Of a DNA stretch of 64,000 nucleotides, positions 18,288 through 28,238 are shown one piece after another (the stretch's first letter is position 1; each line of letters begins with the position of its first letter). The translations under genes were made by a program, and so were the position numbers. The notes under the pieces were generated by a model. That model saw only the letters and a list, made by a program, of their open reading frames with translations. It did no database searches and was not told where the DNA came from. Source of the DNA: Gammaproteobacteria bacterium (GTDB taxonomy: Bacteria > Pseudomonadota > Gammaproteobacteria > Ga0077536); the NCBI GenBank assembly GCA_963662545.2, contig CAXXLL010000003.1, positions 768,001 through 832,000 of the forward strand, written 5' to 3'.

Positions 18288-19353
18288 ACGACGCGGCTTT
18301 TCCGCAATCAGCCTTGCGTTTCTCGACATCATGTCCTGCGGATTCGGCGCGGTGGTGCTGCTGTTTCTGATCATCAAGCATCAGACCGATGTCGCCATTC
18401 AGGTACCGGAATATGATCTCTCGGTCGAAGTCGATCAGATCAGGCAACAGATCGGCGATGCCGAAACGGTGATCGGTCGCCTCAAAAGCCAATCGCGTGA
18501 TACCGATTCGCGCATCACCGCGGCCAAAAAACGGGCCGAGGAGATCAAGGGTGCGCTCAAGACAGCGACGTCGCAAACGCGAGTGAGCACCACCGGCAAC
18601 CGTGAAATCGACGCGCTCAAGGCGACCTTACGACGCATGGAAACCGACCGCAAAAACGTGCAGTCGCAAATCTATGAAAAATCACGCCATGTACGCAGCT
18701 TCGTCGGCGACGGTAATCGCGAATATCTCACCGGAATCCAGCTTGGCGGCCAACGCATCCTGATCCTGCTCGACGCCTCGGCGAGCATGCTGGACGACAC
18801 TATCGTCAACATCATCCGCCGGCGGAACATGGATGACGCGACAAAACGCCGCTCGCGAAAGTGGCGACAGGCCCTCGCCACGGTCGACTGGATCACGGCC
18901 CGTTTTCCGGCCCAAAGCCAATATCAAATTTATACGTTCAACACCGAGGCCAAGCCGGTGCTGGCGACGACGCGCGGAAGGTGGCTGCCGGTATCCGACA
19001 ACCGGCAGTTAAATGACGCTGTCGCCATGACCAAAGACATCGTCCCGCAAGGGGGTTCGAGCCTCGAGCGGGCGTTCCTCGTGATCACGCAGCTAAGCCC
19101 GCGGCCGGACAACGTTTTTCTCGTCACCGACGGATTGCCGACGCAGGGGCTCAAACCACCGCGCGGTACGACGGTATCGGGGCGCGAACGCCTGAAGCTG
19201 TTCGAATCTGCCGTGACGCGCATCCCGCGGGGCATCCCCGTCAACGTCATCCTGCTCGAAATGGAAGGCGACCCGATGGCCCCGTCGGCATTCTGGCAAA
19301 TAGCCCTATACACAAAGGGCGCTTTTTTGAGCCCGGCGAGGGACTGGCCGTGA
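18277..19353 (+). CDS. ExbD-like TM anchor + coiled coil + vWA domain protein
   Basis: SLAFLDIMSCGFGAVVLLFLII; MIDAS LLDASASM; VTDGLP. Confidence 0.8.
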   Translation: MRYKRRGFSAISLAFLDIMSCGFGAVVLLFLIIKHQTDVAIQVPEYDLSVEVDQIRQQIGDAETVIGRLKSQSRDTDSRITAAKKRAEEIKGALKTATSQTRVSTTGNREIDALKATLRRMETDRKNVQSQIYEKSRHVRSFVGDGNREYLTGIQLGGQRILILLDASASMLDDTIVNIIRRRNMDDATKRRSRKWRQALATVDWITARFPAQSQYQIYTFNTEAKPVLATTRGRWLPVSDNRQLNDAVAMTKDIVPQGGSSLERAFLVITQLSPRPDNVFLVTDGLPTQGLKPPRGTTVSGRERLKLFESAVTRIPRGIPVNVILLEMEGDPMAPSAFWQIALYTKGAFLSPARDWP

Positions 19354-20348
19354 AGCTCAACCGGCGCGAAAACGAAGCGACTAGCATCGCTTTTCTCGAC
19401 GTCATCACCTGCGGATTCGGCGCGATCATCCTGCTCCTCATGATCGCCAAATTCGGCGATCCACCCGAGCCGGAGGTCCCGGACGACCCGCGCATCTCTG
19501 AGATCTCCGCCTTGCAGCGCAGCCTTTTCAAGATGCAGAGCCGCGCACGCGAGGTCGAAACCGCGATCGTCTCCAAGGACCAGCAACTGGCGGTGTGGAA
19601 ATCGGAATCCGTGCGCCTGGACAAGGAATTGATTGCGGCACGAAACCGCGGAAAAAGCATTCGGGATACGGCCGCCGCTAATGCCGCCATCCTCGGTGAA
19701 CTCAAAATCGCCCGGCAGAAACTTACAGAGGAGATGCGGCGCCTGTACCAGCAGCGCGACCGGGTCCGGACCGACCTGGTCGGAGGCATACCCATCGACA
19801 GCGAATACATCATCTTCATCATCGACACCTCCGGCAGCATGTTCCGCTACGCCTGGCCAAAGGTGATCGAGCAGTTCGTGGAAACCCTCACCGTCTACCC
19901 GAAATTGAAGGGGATCCAGATCATGAACGACATGGGTGCCTACATGTTCTCCAGCTACCGGGGAAAGTGGATCCCGGACACGCCCGGACGCCGACAGGCG
20001 ATCATCGATCGCCTGCGCACCTGGAACGCATTCTCAAACAGCAGCCCGGTCGAGGGCATTACGGCCGCGATTCGTTCATTTTATTCAGTCGACAAGAAGA
20101 TCAGCATTTACGTCTACGGCGACGAGTTCACGGGGCGTTCGATCCGCGAGGTCGTCCAATACATGGAAGCTATCAACCGCAAGGATGCACAAGGGAATCC
20201 GCTCGTTCGCATCCACGCGATCGGGTTTCCCGTGCAGTTCGCCAATCCACCCCACCTCCAGGGCACGGGGATCCGGTTCGCAACGCTCATGCGTGAACTT
20301 ACGCGCAGGAACGGCGGCACCTTCGTCGGCCTTAATTCGTTTCGATGA
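19350..20348 (+). CDS. ExbD-like TM anchor + coiled coil + vWA domain protein (paralog)
   Basis: SIAFLDVITCGFGAIILLLMIA; MIDAS IIDTSGSM; YGDEF; IHAIGF. Confidence 0.8.
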   Translation: MKLNRRENEATSIAFLDVITCGFGAIILLLMIAKFGDPPEPEVPDDPRISEISALQRSLFKMQSRAREVETAIVSKDQQLAVWKSESVRLDKELIAARNRGKSIRDTAAANAAILGELKIARQKLTEEMRRLYQQRDRVRTDLVGGIPIDSEYIIFIIDTSGSMFRYAWPKVIEQFVETLTVYPKLKGIQIMNDMGAYMFSSYRGKWIPDTPGRRQAIIDRLRTWNAFSNSSPVEGITAAIRSFYSVDKKISIYVYGDEFTGRSIREVVQYMEAINRKDAQGNPLVRIHAIGFPVQFANPPHLQGTGIRFATLMRELTRRNGGTFVGLNSFR

Positions 20349-20469
20349 TTGGGTATGGACGACGCTTTTGGAAACGCGTTCGCAGAGACCTCGCATAATG
20401 GATCACCCATGCCAACAGGCGCGGGATGGTCTAAGCTTTAAGATCCCATTCCGCTGCACGGGGCAGCCT

Positions 20470-21078
20470 ATGATGAGATCCCGTCTCGCCGTCTTTCTCC
20501 TGGCCGTTGTGTTCGCGATGGTGCTCACAGGATGCCAGAAGAATGTGACGCTCAAGGTGCAAACCGAGATACCCGAACCCCTGGTCACGAAGCTGCCGCT
20601 TTCCGTCGGCGTGTATTATCCCGACGCGTTCCGCCGCTACGAATACGCCGAAACCACCGAGGAGCGCGGGACCTGGCGCATCGAGAGCGGCGACTCCCAG
20701 GTCAGGGTCTTTAATCGCATTCTCAGCGATCTGTTCTCGGAATTTCGCGAACTCAACAGCCCGCAAGCGGGCGCCGTCGAACTGATCGTCGTCCCCGAGA
20801 TCGCGAAGATGCAGTTCTCGATGCCGAAAGAAACGGGCTTCGACTATTTCGAAGCCTGGGTGGAATACGTCGTCAAGCTGCAAACCGGCGACGGCGAGGA
20901 GCTACCCTCGTGGCGCTTCACTGGCTACGGGCAGGCAAGGACCGGGCGCTTCGCTGGTTTCGAAACAGGCCTCGCCGATTCGCTGAGCGACGCACTCAGG
21001 AACGCTGGCGCGCAACTGGCCACGGGCCTGCCCGCGCATCCACCGGTCAAGCAGAGGGCCCAAAGGACAGGTCTTTGA
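20470..21078 (+). CDS. Lipoprotein, unknown function
   Basis: ATG 20470; lipobox LTGC. Confidence 0.7.
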   Translation: MMRSRLAVFLLAVVFAMVLTGCQKNVTLKVQTEIPEPLVTKLPLSVGVYYPDAFRRYEYAETTEERGTWRIESGDSQVRVFNRILSDLFSEFRELNSPQAGAVELIVVPEIAKMQFSMPKETGFDYFEAWVEYVVKLQTGDGEELPSWRFTGYGQARTGRFAGFETGLADSLSDALRNAGAQLATGLPAHPPVKQRAQRTGL

Positions 21079-21734
21079 TCTTACGCCTGATATGCCCAGT
21101 CCTGGTGTGTGCCCTGTTATCCGGCTGTAAGAGCCACACCGTCATCGATCGGCATCAGGAGATCCCCGTCGCCATGGAGAGTGGGGACTCCATCGTGCTG
21201 TTGGGCCGCAGTACGCGACTGGCGGAAAGCGGCGATCACGATTTTGTCGAGTGCGTTGGCAAGGCACTCGAAACGCGAAACGCAAACCTGGACATCATCG
21301 AAGAAAACGAATTCGTCGACGCCATGTATCCCTGGTTTGAAAACACCACCGCGCCGACGGAGGTAGGTATGCTCGAGCCCCTATTCAAAAATGACGCTAT
21401 TACCAATCGTTTTGCAGAACTCGCCATTAAGTACCTGATATGGATCGAAGGACGCACCGAGACCCTGGAGAGTATCGGCGGCATTACTTGCTCCATCGGA
21501 CCCGGTGGTGGCGGCTGTTTCGGATACAAAAGCTGGGATGACGAAGCCGACTACGTGGCCGCGATCTGGGACATTGACCAACAAGCGGATGCGGCGAGAA
21601 TCGGAACGCGGACCAACGGAACTTCGTACATGCCGGCCGTGATCATACCGATACCGCTGCTTGCCAGGGTGAAGTACACGGCCTGTGACGCGATGGCAGG
21701 GCAAATTTCGGATTATCTGAGTCTGCCTGAATAG
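21075..21734 (+). CDS. Lipoprotein, unknown function (Cys-containing)
   Basis: TTG start overlapping upstream stop; lipobox LSGC; GGITCSIGPGGGGCFG. Confidence 0.7.
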   Translation: MILRLICPVLVCALLSGCKSHTVIDRHQEIPVAMESGDSIVLLGRSTRLAESGDHDFVECVGKALETRNANLDIIEENEFVDAMYPWFENTTAPTEVGMLEPLFKNDAITNRFAELAIKYLIWIEGRTETLESIGGITCSIGPGGGGCFGYKSWDDEADYVAAIWDIDQQADAARIGTRTNGTSYMPAVIIPIPLLARVKYTACDAMAGQISDYLSLPE

Positions 21735-21861
21735 CACGATCAGACTGGATTCGTAAATGGTCTGTTGACACGTTTATTTTGTCGATAATTGATCCCATAA
21801 TTAGAAGAGTGATCTCACATCCGCTTGGGATTATTGCCAAACGCAAAGGGAGTCCAGGCAA

Positions 21862-22536
21862 ATGATGAACAACGGCCCGCTATCACCACCATTCCGCGTA
21901 TATATCCTCGACGACCATAAGTTCGTAACTGAAATCTTAACCCATCGTCTGAATTCTGATCCGAATATCGAAGTTGTAGGGATCGGGAACAAGGGAAGTT
22001 CCGCACTGCACTTCATACAAACCCACCGTGTCGATATAGCTCTCCTAGATATGGAGCTCGAAGACGATGATGGCGTCCACGTCGCCGTTGAAATGATGAA
22101 ATTCGATCCTCGCATTCGCGTCGTGGGTTTATCAGCACATGTCACGAATCACTATCCACTGGCACTTCTCGAAGCCGGCGGGCGTGGATATATTTCGAAA
22201 AAAGCTTCCTCTACTGAAATAGTCGAAGGCATCCGCCGTGTAGCTCGCGGCGATATGACCATTAGTCCCGATGTTGCTTTTCACCTCGCAACTGAAGTTC
22301 AAGAAGCCGGGCCAGTAAGCAAGATTCGTGGCCTTACTTCCAAAGAGAGCACGATTCTAAAGTTGTATAGTCAGGGATATTCGGTTGACGAAATTGCCGA
22401 AAAACTGGGTATCACTGCCAAAACAGTTCAATCCCACCGCATCAACTTAAAACGAAAACTCAATATCCGTACCGATGTGGGCTTGTGTCTAGTGGCTTTA
22501 AAAGCCGGAATAATCGGGATTAGGGATACGAAATAA
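21862..22536 (+). CDS. NarL/LuxR-family response regulator (GacA/UvrY-like)
   Basis: ILDDH, ALLDMEL, LLEAGGRGYISK; HTH IAEKLGITAKTVQSHRINLKRKL. Confidence 0.9.
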   Translation: MMNNGPLSPPFRVYILDDHKFVTEILTHRLNSDPNIEVVGIGNKGSSALHFIQTHRVDIALLDMELEDDDGVHVAVEMMKFDPRIRVVGLSAHVTNHYPLALLEAGGRGYISKKASSTEIVEGIRRVARGDMTISPDVAFHLATEVQEAGPVSKIRGLTSKESTILKLYSQGYSVDEIAEKLGITAKTVQSHRINLKRKLNIRTDVGLCLVALKAGIIGIRDTK

Positions 22537-22619
22537 ATAATCAGATCCCCGTCTGAATCCGGGGGTCAGACACTGATTCCCCCCCCGTGTATCAGGCTCC
22601 GGTTTTTCCGACGTCCTAA

Positions 22620-22779
22620 GGAATCTCTGATTAACATGGTACGTCTGAATTGTTCATGCAATGGTGCAGATCAAAGCACGAATCGCAGGCTATAGCGGGG
22701 ACTACGGGCAAGGTTCGTCGGTTAAGGCTTCGCGATTTCATGGACAAGGCGGATGGGCCATGACTCATTCAGAGGTTTC
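22620..22779. mobile_element. MITE-like element (160 bp), IS5-like ends
   Basis: Imperfect TIRs GGAATCTCTGATTAA / TCATTCAGAGGTTTC flanked by CTAA and TTAA. Confidence 0.6.
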
Positions 22780-22944
22780 TTAACATCAAGCTTGATGGAT
22801 CGTGCGAAGTTCTGTCGCGTGCATCAATTTTTATGAATTTTCTAACAAACCTCGATACCAACCAAACTGACCTGCTGAAGAACGAAATCGGTCAAGCAAA
22901 GGTGCGCCTAGGGATTTGCCTGTTCATGGCGGCCTATTTTTATA

Positions 22945-24363
22945 GGGTCTACGCGGAAACGTGTGGGTTGATATTGGCATTTCTGGGTAGTGGCGGAAGA
23001 AATGCCGCAATGATTTTCAGTTTGAGGAATTCCTCATCACGATAGCCATAGGCGCGTCGTTGCAGGACCCGGATTTTGTTGTTGACCCCTTCGACCAATC
23101 CAAGAACATTTTTATTCATTCTACTGACCCAAATTTCGACTGACTTTATTCTTAGCATCACAATAGGAAGCAATGCCATCCCAATGGGATTCAATCAGCT
23201 CAGCAAACTTGCGATACGGCGCCAATCGCTGCCATTTCAGACTGTCCTTCCAGCGCTCGAAAAAGGCACGCGCGCCGCGCTCGGTACGGTAGTCCCAGAG
23301 TTGGCCGAAGGTTTCCTTGAGGACGTAGGCGGTGTTCAGACGCCGGTTGGCCTGGAGCAGTTTTTTCAGGGCTCGTCTGCCATCCAGATTCAGGTTCTCG
23401 CGTCGCGAGAGCAAGGTATATCGCTGGCCTTTGATGTAACTCCTGTCCTTGCCGCGGAGACGTTTGTATTCACGGCGCCGGACTTCATCGAGAGCCTTTG
23501 AGAGGTGGCGCATGATATGGAACTTGTCATAGATGATCCGCGCCTGCGGTGCGTTGTTCATGACCGAGTTACGGAACGGCTTCCACATGTCCATCGCCGC
23601 CAGTTCGATGCGAGCGCTCTTGTTCTCGCCCAATGCCTGGAAAAACAGGTCGATGTCAGCCTCTTTGCGACCTTCACCACCGACCCAGATAGGACGCCCC
23701 CGATCCAGGTCACTGACGATGACCCGGTAGTTATGTCCTTTGCGGATGGAGATCTCATCAATACCGATGGCCCGGGGTGCTGGCATGCCCGCCAGCTCAA
23801 CCTGCTTTTGCATGTACAGCTTATCGAGGTCTTTCACCGTGCTGTGGTGCAGGCGTTCCCTCTCGGCGACAGCCTGGTTCGGCATGTCCCGGCACAGCTT
23901 GCCCACCTGCATGGCAAAGCGCTGCGTATAGCGAGGGTTCTTTGCCAGCCAGTCAAGATGTTCTACCTGCACGCCGCCGCACCTCCGGCAACTGACACGC
24001 CAGCGTTCGAACTCCAGGTAGATTCGCCATCCGGCAACTGACAGGTCTCGTACTCGCAGCACCTTCTTGTCGTAACGCCCGCGGCACCGGTGAGCACAGT
24101 GAGAACAGATCGCTGTTTTTTTCGCCTCTTGAGTTGGATCACACGGGCATACCGATCACCAAACATGCCCACCAATTTCGATGCGGCGGTAAAACCAGGG
24201 AACGCAAACAGCGCTCGGATCGACTTGGGATTCTTCATGGCCTTAGCCTACCCACAAAATGAAACCACTTTCACCCCATACGAAATCTCTGAATGTCTAC
24301 ATGATTTCAATGGTTTACACTTGGTCTAATTCAGAATTTACCCACATGAATCCGCGTAGACCC
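22945..24363 (-). mobile_element. ISL3-family insertion sequence (1419 bp)
   Basis: TIR GGGTCTACGCGGA/TCCGCGTAGACCC; 8-bp target duplication TTTTTATA at 22937-22944 and 24364-24371. Confidence 0.95.
22949..24238 (-). pseudogene. ISL3 transposase, A7 frameshift near N-terminus, disrupted by a 34-nt insertion near C-terminus
   Basis: IGIDEIS, AMDMW, YDKFHI, VEGVNNKIRVLQRRAYGYR spread over three frames. Confidence 0.9.
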
Positions 24364-25873
24364 TTTTTATACAACCGGCTACACGAATCACCCACTGTAT
24401 ATCTCATTCATCGTCTATTGTTTCTCATTCTTCATCATAAGCCACTCTGCAAAACGCTTTTCCCTGTTCCGGACTTTCTTCTGCCTATTTTTAGACAACT
24501 ATTTCACTATTGCCGGACTATACGTAACAGGGGAAAAAGGAACATTTTTATTCATTCTACTGACCCAAATTTCGATTGGTTACGGATTACGATTTGGTCG
24601 CGTTTATCATTGGACGTCAGTCTTAGTCGCCTGCGTTGGCGTAATAATCCTATACCTCTATTCCCCTTCTTGGAAAGGAAATCTACACCTTGCTCTTGCT
24701 TATGTTATCGGCACGCCATTTATCGCTTTCTATATCGATTTCTTGGTAAAAAATCTTAAGCGTTCGAAATTGGAATCAGATGAACGCGCTAACGACATAG
24801 CGGATCTACTCGCCTTCGTAGCACATGACATACGTACGCCGCATCATTCTCTTCTAACTACTGCAGCAGCCGCTAAATCTAACGCTGACGACGAACAGAT
24901 GCGAGCGCGTATCACGAGGATAGAAGATGGAATCAGATCGCTAGCGCGTTTGGCTACCGACGTACTGAGTGCTACCTCTGGAGACGTGCGCAAGCCGCGC
25001 GACTTGCGAACCACGATTTCTGTCTGCCAATGGGTTATTGAGGTATCCCGGAGGTTTCGAGACGAATTGGAATCGAAAAATATTCGGTTGATCTACAGTT
25101 TCAATATGGATGTATGGGCAGCTATTAGCCTGGATTTACTTCCTGCCGAGCGGCTTCTACTCAATACACTTTCTAACGCGGTACGACACGCCGGGAATGG
25201 AGAAATTGAGATTAAGCTTACATTAACATGTCACAACGAATCTAAGGGAGACCTCGTTTTTACTATTACGAATAGGTTAGGAAAACCAACTGGAATAGCA
25301 GATTCGTTATCAGTTAGCGAACCCGCCGCCTCCTCCAAGGAGTACTACGGAGCGGGTCTGGGACTACTGGTCGCAAACGAACTCGCTTCTTCTTTAAACG
25401 GTGACTTTTCATTCCATCAAAATGACCTAAATGAATACATCACACGGATACGCATACCCTGCTACCACGCTAGCAATGACGAAATCAGTGGGGTTCTTCT
25501 TCCCCTGGTGCTCGTAACCCAGAGTATCGACCTCGTATCGCGTTTTCGATCAGTACTGCGAGACGAAACTAACGTAATTATATTTCGTCGAATTCAAGAC
25601 CTATCTTCTTTTGTACGAGACATAGACAAAAATGTCGCAGCAATAATCATCGACGAGGCATTAGTGGGCGATACCCTCGCAACTTCCAGTGCTGCTTCCA
25701 CCCTTACTCTCCCGAAATACTATTCTCTAATTCAGTCCACAGCAGACGTCCGACCTTCGGCGCTCCCCCATTCCGCTCTCAATTCTATTGGCTCGGATCC
25801 AAGTGACAGAGAAATTCTAAATACTGTTCGTTCTCAGTCGGCTATACGTGAAAATGAAACCCTAGGTGACCTT

Positions 25874-27294
25874 CATAGGTTAGTTCTTAAGCGGCCGCAT
25901 GAACATGCTGAAGGCCGAGCTTGAGTCGTCCCGAAATGCAATCGCGGTCAGGTTTTGCGCGCTGAGCGTTGCTGGCCAAATAGCGCAACGCGTGTTCGAG
26001 CGGTCGGTGTAAAGAGCGGGGCCGATGGATAAGCGTATGGAGAATGGGACCGAGCACGTGATGAATGCACTTGGCCGCGGTATGAGTCGAGATGGCGACG
26101 TTCAACCAGCGCTCGGTGACATGAGCGCAATAGCGCTGCAGCGTTGCGGCGCATAGTGCGGCCCAGATAAGCCCTTCGGCGATGTGCGGGTTGGCGGTAT
26201 CAAAGGCGTGTAGATTGGCGTAAGACTTCCACTCTTTGAATAGCAGCTCGACCTGCCAGCGTAATCGATACGCGTCGCTAATATGCTCGGGCGTAAAGGT
26301 GGTGGCGTCGAGATTGGTGATGAGATAACGAGGTGCTGCACCTTTTTTAAGGTTGGGGTGCACGACTAAACGACAGGTCCAGGGTCCCTGCACGCCGTCG
26401 AATTGCACGGCCATGTCGAGGCAATCGAAGCGCTTTAAGGTCGATGCCACCGCTTTCAATCGCTGCTTGTCAAAGCGTTTGACCCGCCGCCCATCGGCGC
26501 GACGAGCGGCAACGATCAGCGGATTGATACCTTGACCCGCGCGCACGATGAAATAGCCGCCGGCGGTGTCGAGCGCTTCAAAGTAAGGCCGCGCGAAGTA
26601 GCCACGGTCGGCCAGCAGCAAACCGCCAGCGACCTCTATCCGCCGGCAAGAACTGCCGCTCTGCTGAGCTGTCAGGGCTGAGTACGACCTCGTTCAGGGT
26701 CTCACTGAGCAGGTCGAGATCGGCATGGAGCTCTACCGCGGCGGGACTCACGGTCGTGAAGCGACCGGGAAAGCTGTCCTTCAGCGCCGGTTTTAACGCA
26801 AACGAGGTGCCGTCCTGGATGCGGATGTGGTCAAACTGCGCAAATGGGCTGTTGGGTTCGAATCGGAGGACATCGCAGGCCAGGCCATTGAGCAATTCGC
26901 TTAGCAGCGCTTGCATAAACATCGGAAACTGTTTTTTGGCGAGCTGATTATGAAACGGTTTGTAGCGCACCGTGGTCGAGCACAGCGCATTGAAAGCGCG
27001 TTGAATATCAGCGATACAGCTCGCTGAGTGCCCGGCGAAGCTTTCGATTAGGCTTACCGCTAAACGGAACGGCGTGACCTCCCTTTCTCGGCGACAGAAT
27101 CGCGTTGCACGCCCCAAGTCGTTGAGCGTACGCTCGCCTAGCGTGCGTTTTAACTGCCGGCTCACTGTGCTAATTTCGCTGTGCTTCATCCGATACTCCC
27201 AGATCACGAAGTCGATTGGTGTTGATTTCATGATCTGATCGGATGGAGCGCTTTTGGTTCCCTCTTTTCAACGGCTTATAAGATCCGACCTATG
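25874..27294 (-). mobile_element. IS4-family insertion sequence (1421 bp)
   Basis: TIR CATAGGTTAGTTCTTA / TAAGATCCGACCTATG; 10-bp target duplication AGGTGACCTT at 25864-25873 and 27295-27304. Confidence 0.9.
25887..27189 (-). pseudogene. IS4 transposase with frameshift near 26640
   Basis: IQDGTS in one frame; LADRGY and YRLRWQVELLFKEWKS in the next. Confidence 0.9.
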
Positions 27295-28238
27295 AGGTGA
27301 CCTTAATCTGGAAAACATTAATAGTGGCACCTTAAAAGGAAAGCACGTTCTGATCCTCGATGATAACCGTGTGAATCGGGCTTTACTTCAGGAAGGCATA
27401 CGGAATGCAGAAGGAGAAATCACGATCGCCGCCAATATCGTGGACGGCGTAAATATTCTAAAAATCAAAAATTTTGATGCCATTCTTCTTGACTGGAATT
27501 TGGGCGATCAATCGGGTGTTCGGATTCTAGAATATCTATCTTCCATTCCAAAAGAAAAACAGCCTGCCGTTTTTGTACTAAGTTCAGAATCCTCAGGGAA
27601 AATCAATCTACAAGTGAAACCTAATTCAGTAGCGGCTGTTATGGAACGGCCGGTTGCGATAAGCGAAGTCATAAAGACTATCGACCAAAATTTAAATGGA
27701 TATAGTTCGCAAGCCCATACTTTCAGGAGTTTTCGTGGATCGAATTTATTTGATATTTCTATGTACGACGAGCTAATTTCAAGTGGCACGCAATGCAAAC
27801 AAATTCTCTCTCTGTTGACCGATTTTGAATATTCGATAGAGAAACATATCCAACTCATAAAAAAAGCTATACGAGAACGAGACCTTTCGAACTCCGCCAA
27901 GCAGTTTCATTCGATAAAAAGCATCTGTTTTGCTTCGGGCACCTATACGATGGGTGAATATTTTGACTACTCGGCGGTTCGAATGTTTAGTAACTCAAAT
28001 TCCGCATCGATGATTGATCTATCGAGGTTTATCGATCCAGGAATTAGGATCTGGGATATTACGCGGGCGCATATCAATATTTACAAATTGTCATTAACGG
28101 AAATGTGATTTCTCCGTGTATTTCGAAGACGTACAATTTGCAGGTTTTGTCAAATAGAGGACTTCTTTTTAGGGCGCCCGATCGCTAGGGCCTCAGGGAA
28201 TATCTTCCGAATATTAAAAATATATCAAAACGATTTGC

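Larger units (their letters stand above)
22833..28108 (+). pseudogene. RpfC-like hybrid sensor kinase (TM-HisKA-HATPase-REC-HPt) interrupted by two IS elements
   Basis: Segments 22833-22944 + 24372-25873 + 27305-28108 join in frame (805 aa); NEIGQAKVRL, ISIGYGLRFG, AHDIRTP, GAGLGL, VLILDDNRVN, FHSIKS. Confidence 0.85.

Noticed and set aside
16166-20348. Zorya defence system, flagellar stator or Tol-Pal
   Set aside because: B-like subunits have vWA rather than OmpA/ExbD domains; the A subunit lacks the long ZorA tail; no zorC/D/E, tolB/pal or flagellar genes
24259-24759. 166-aa ORF spanning the ISL3 end
   Set aside because: Wrong frame; the kinase TM region is encoded in another frame continuous with 24743-25873
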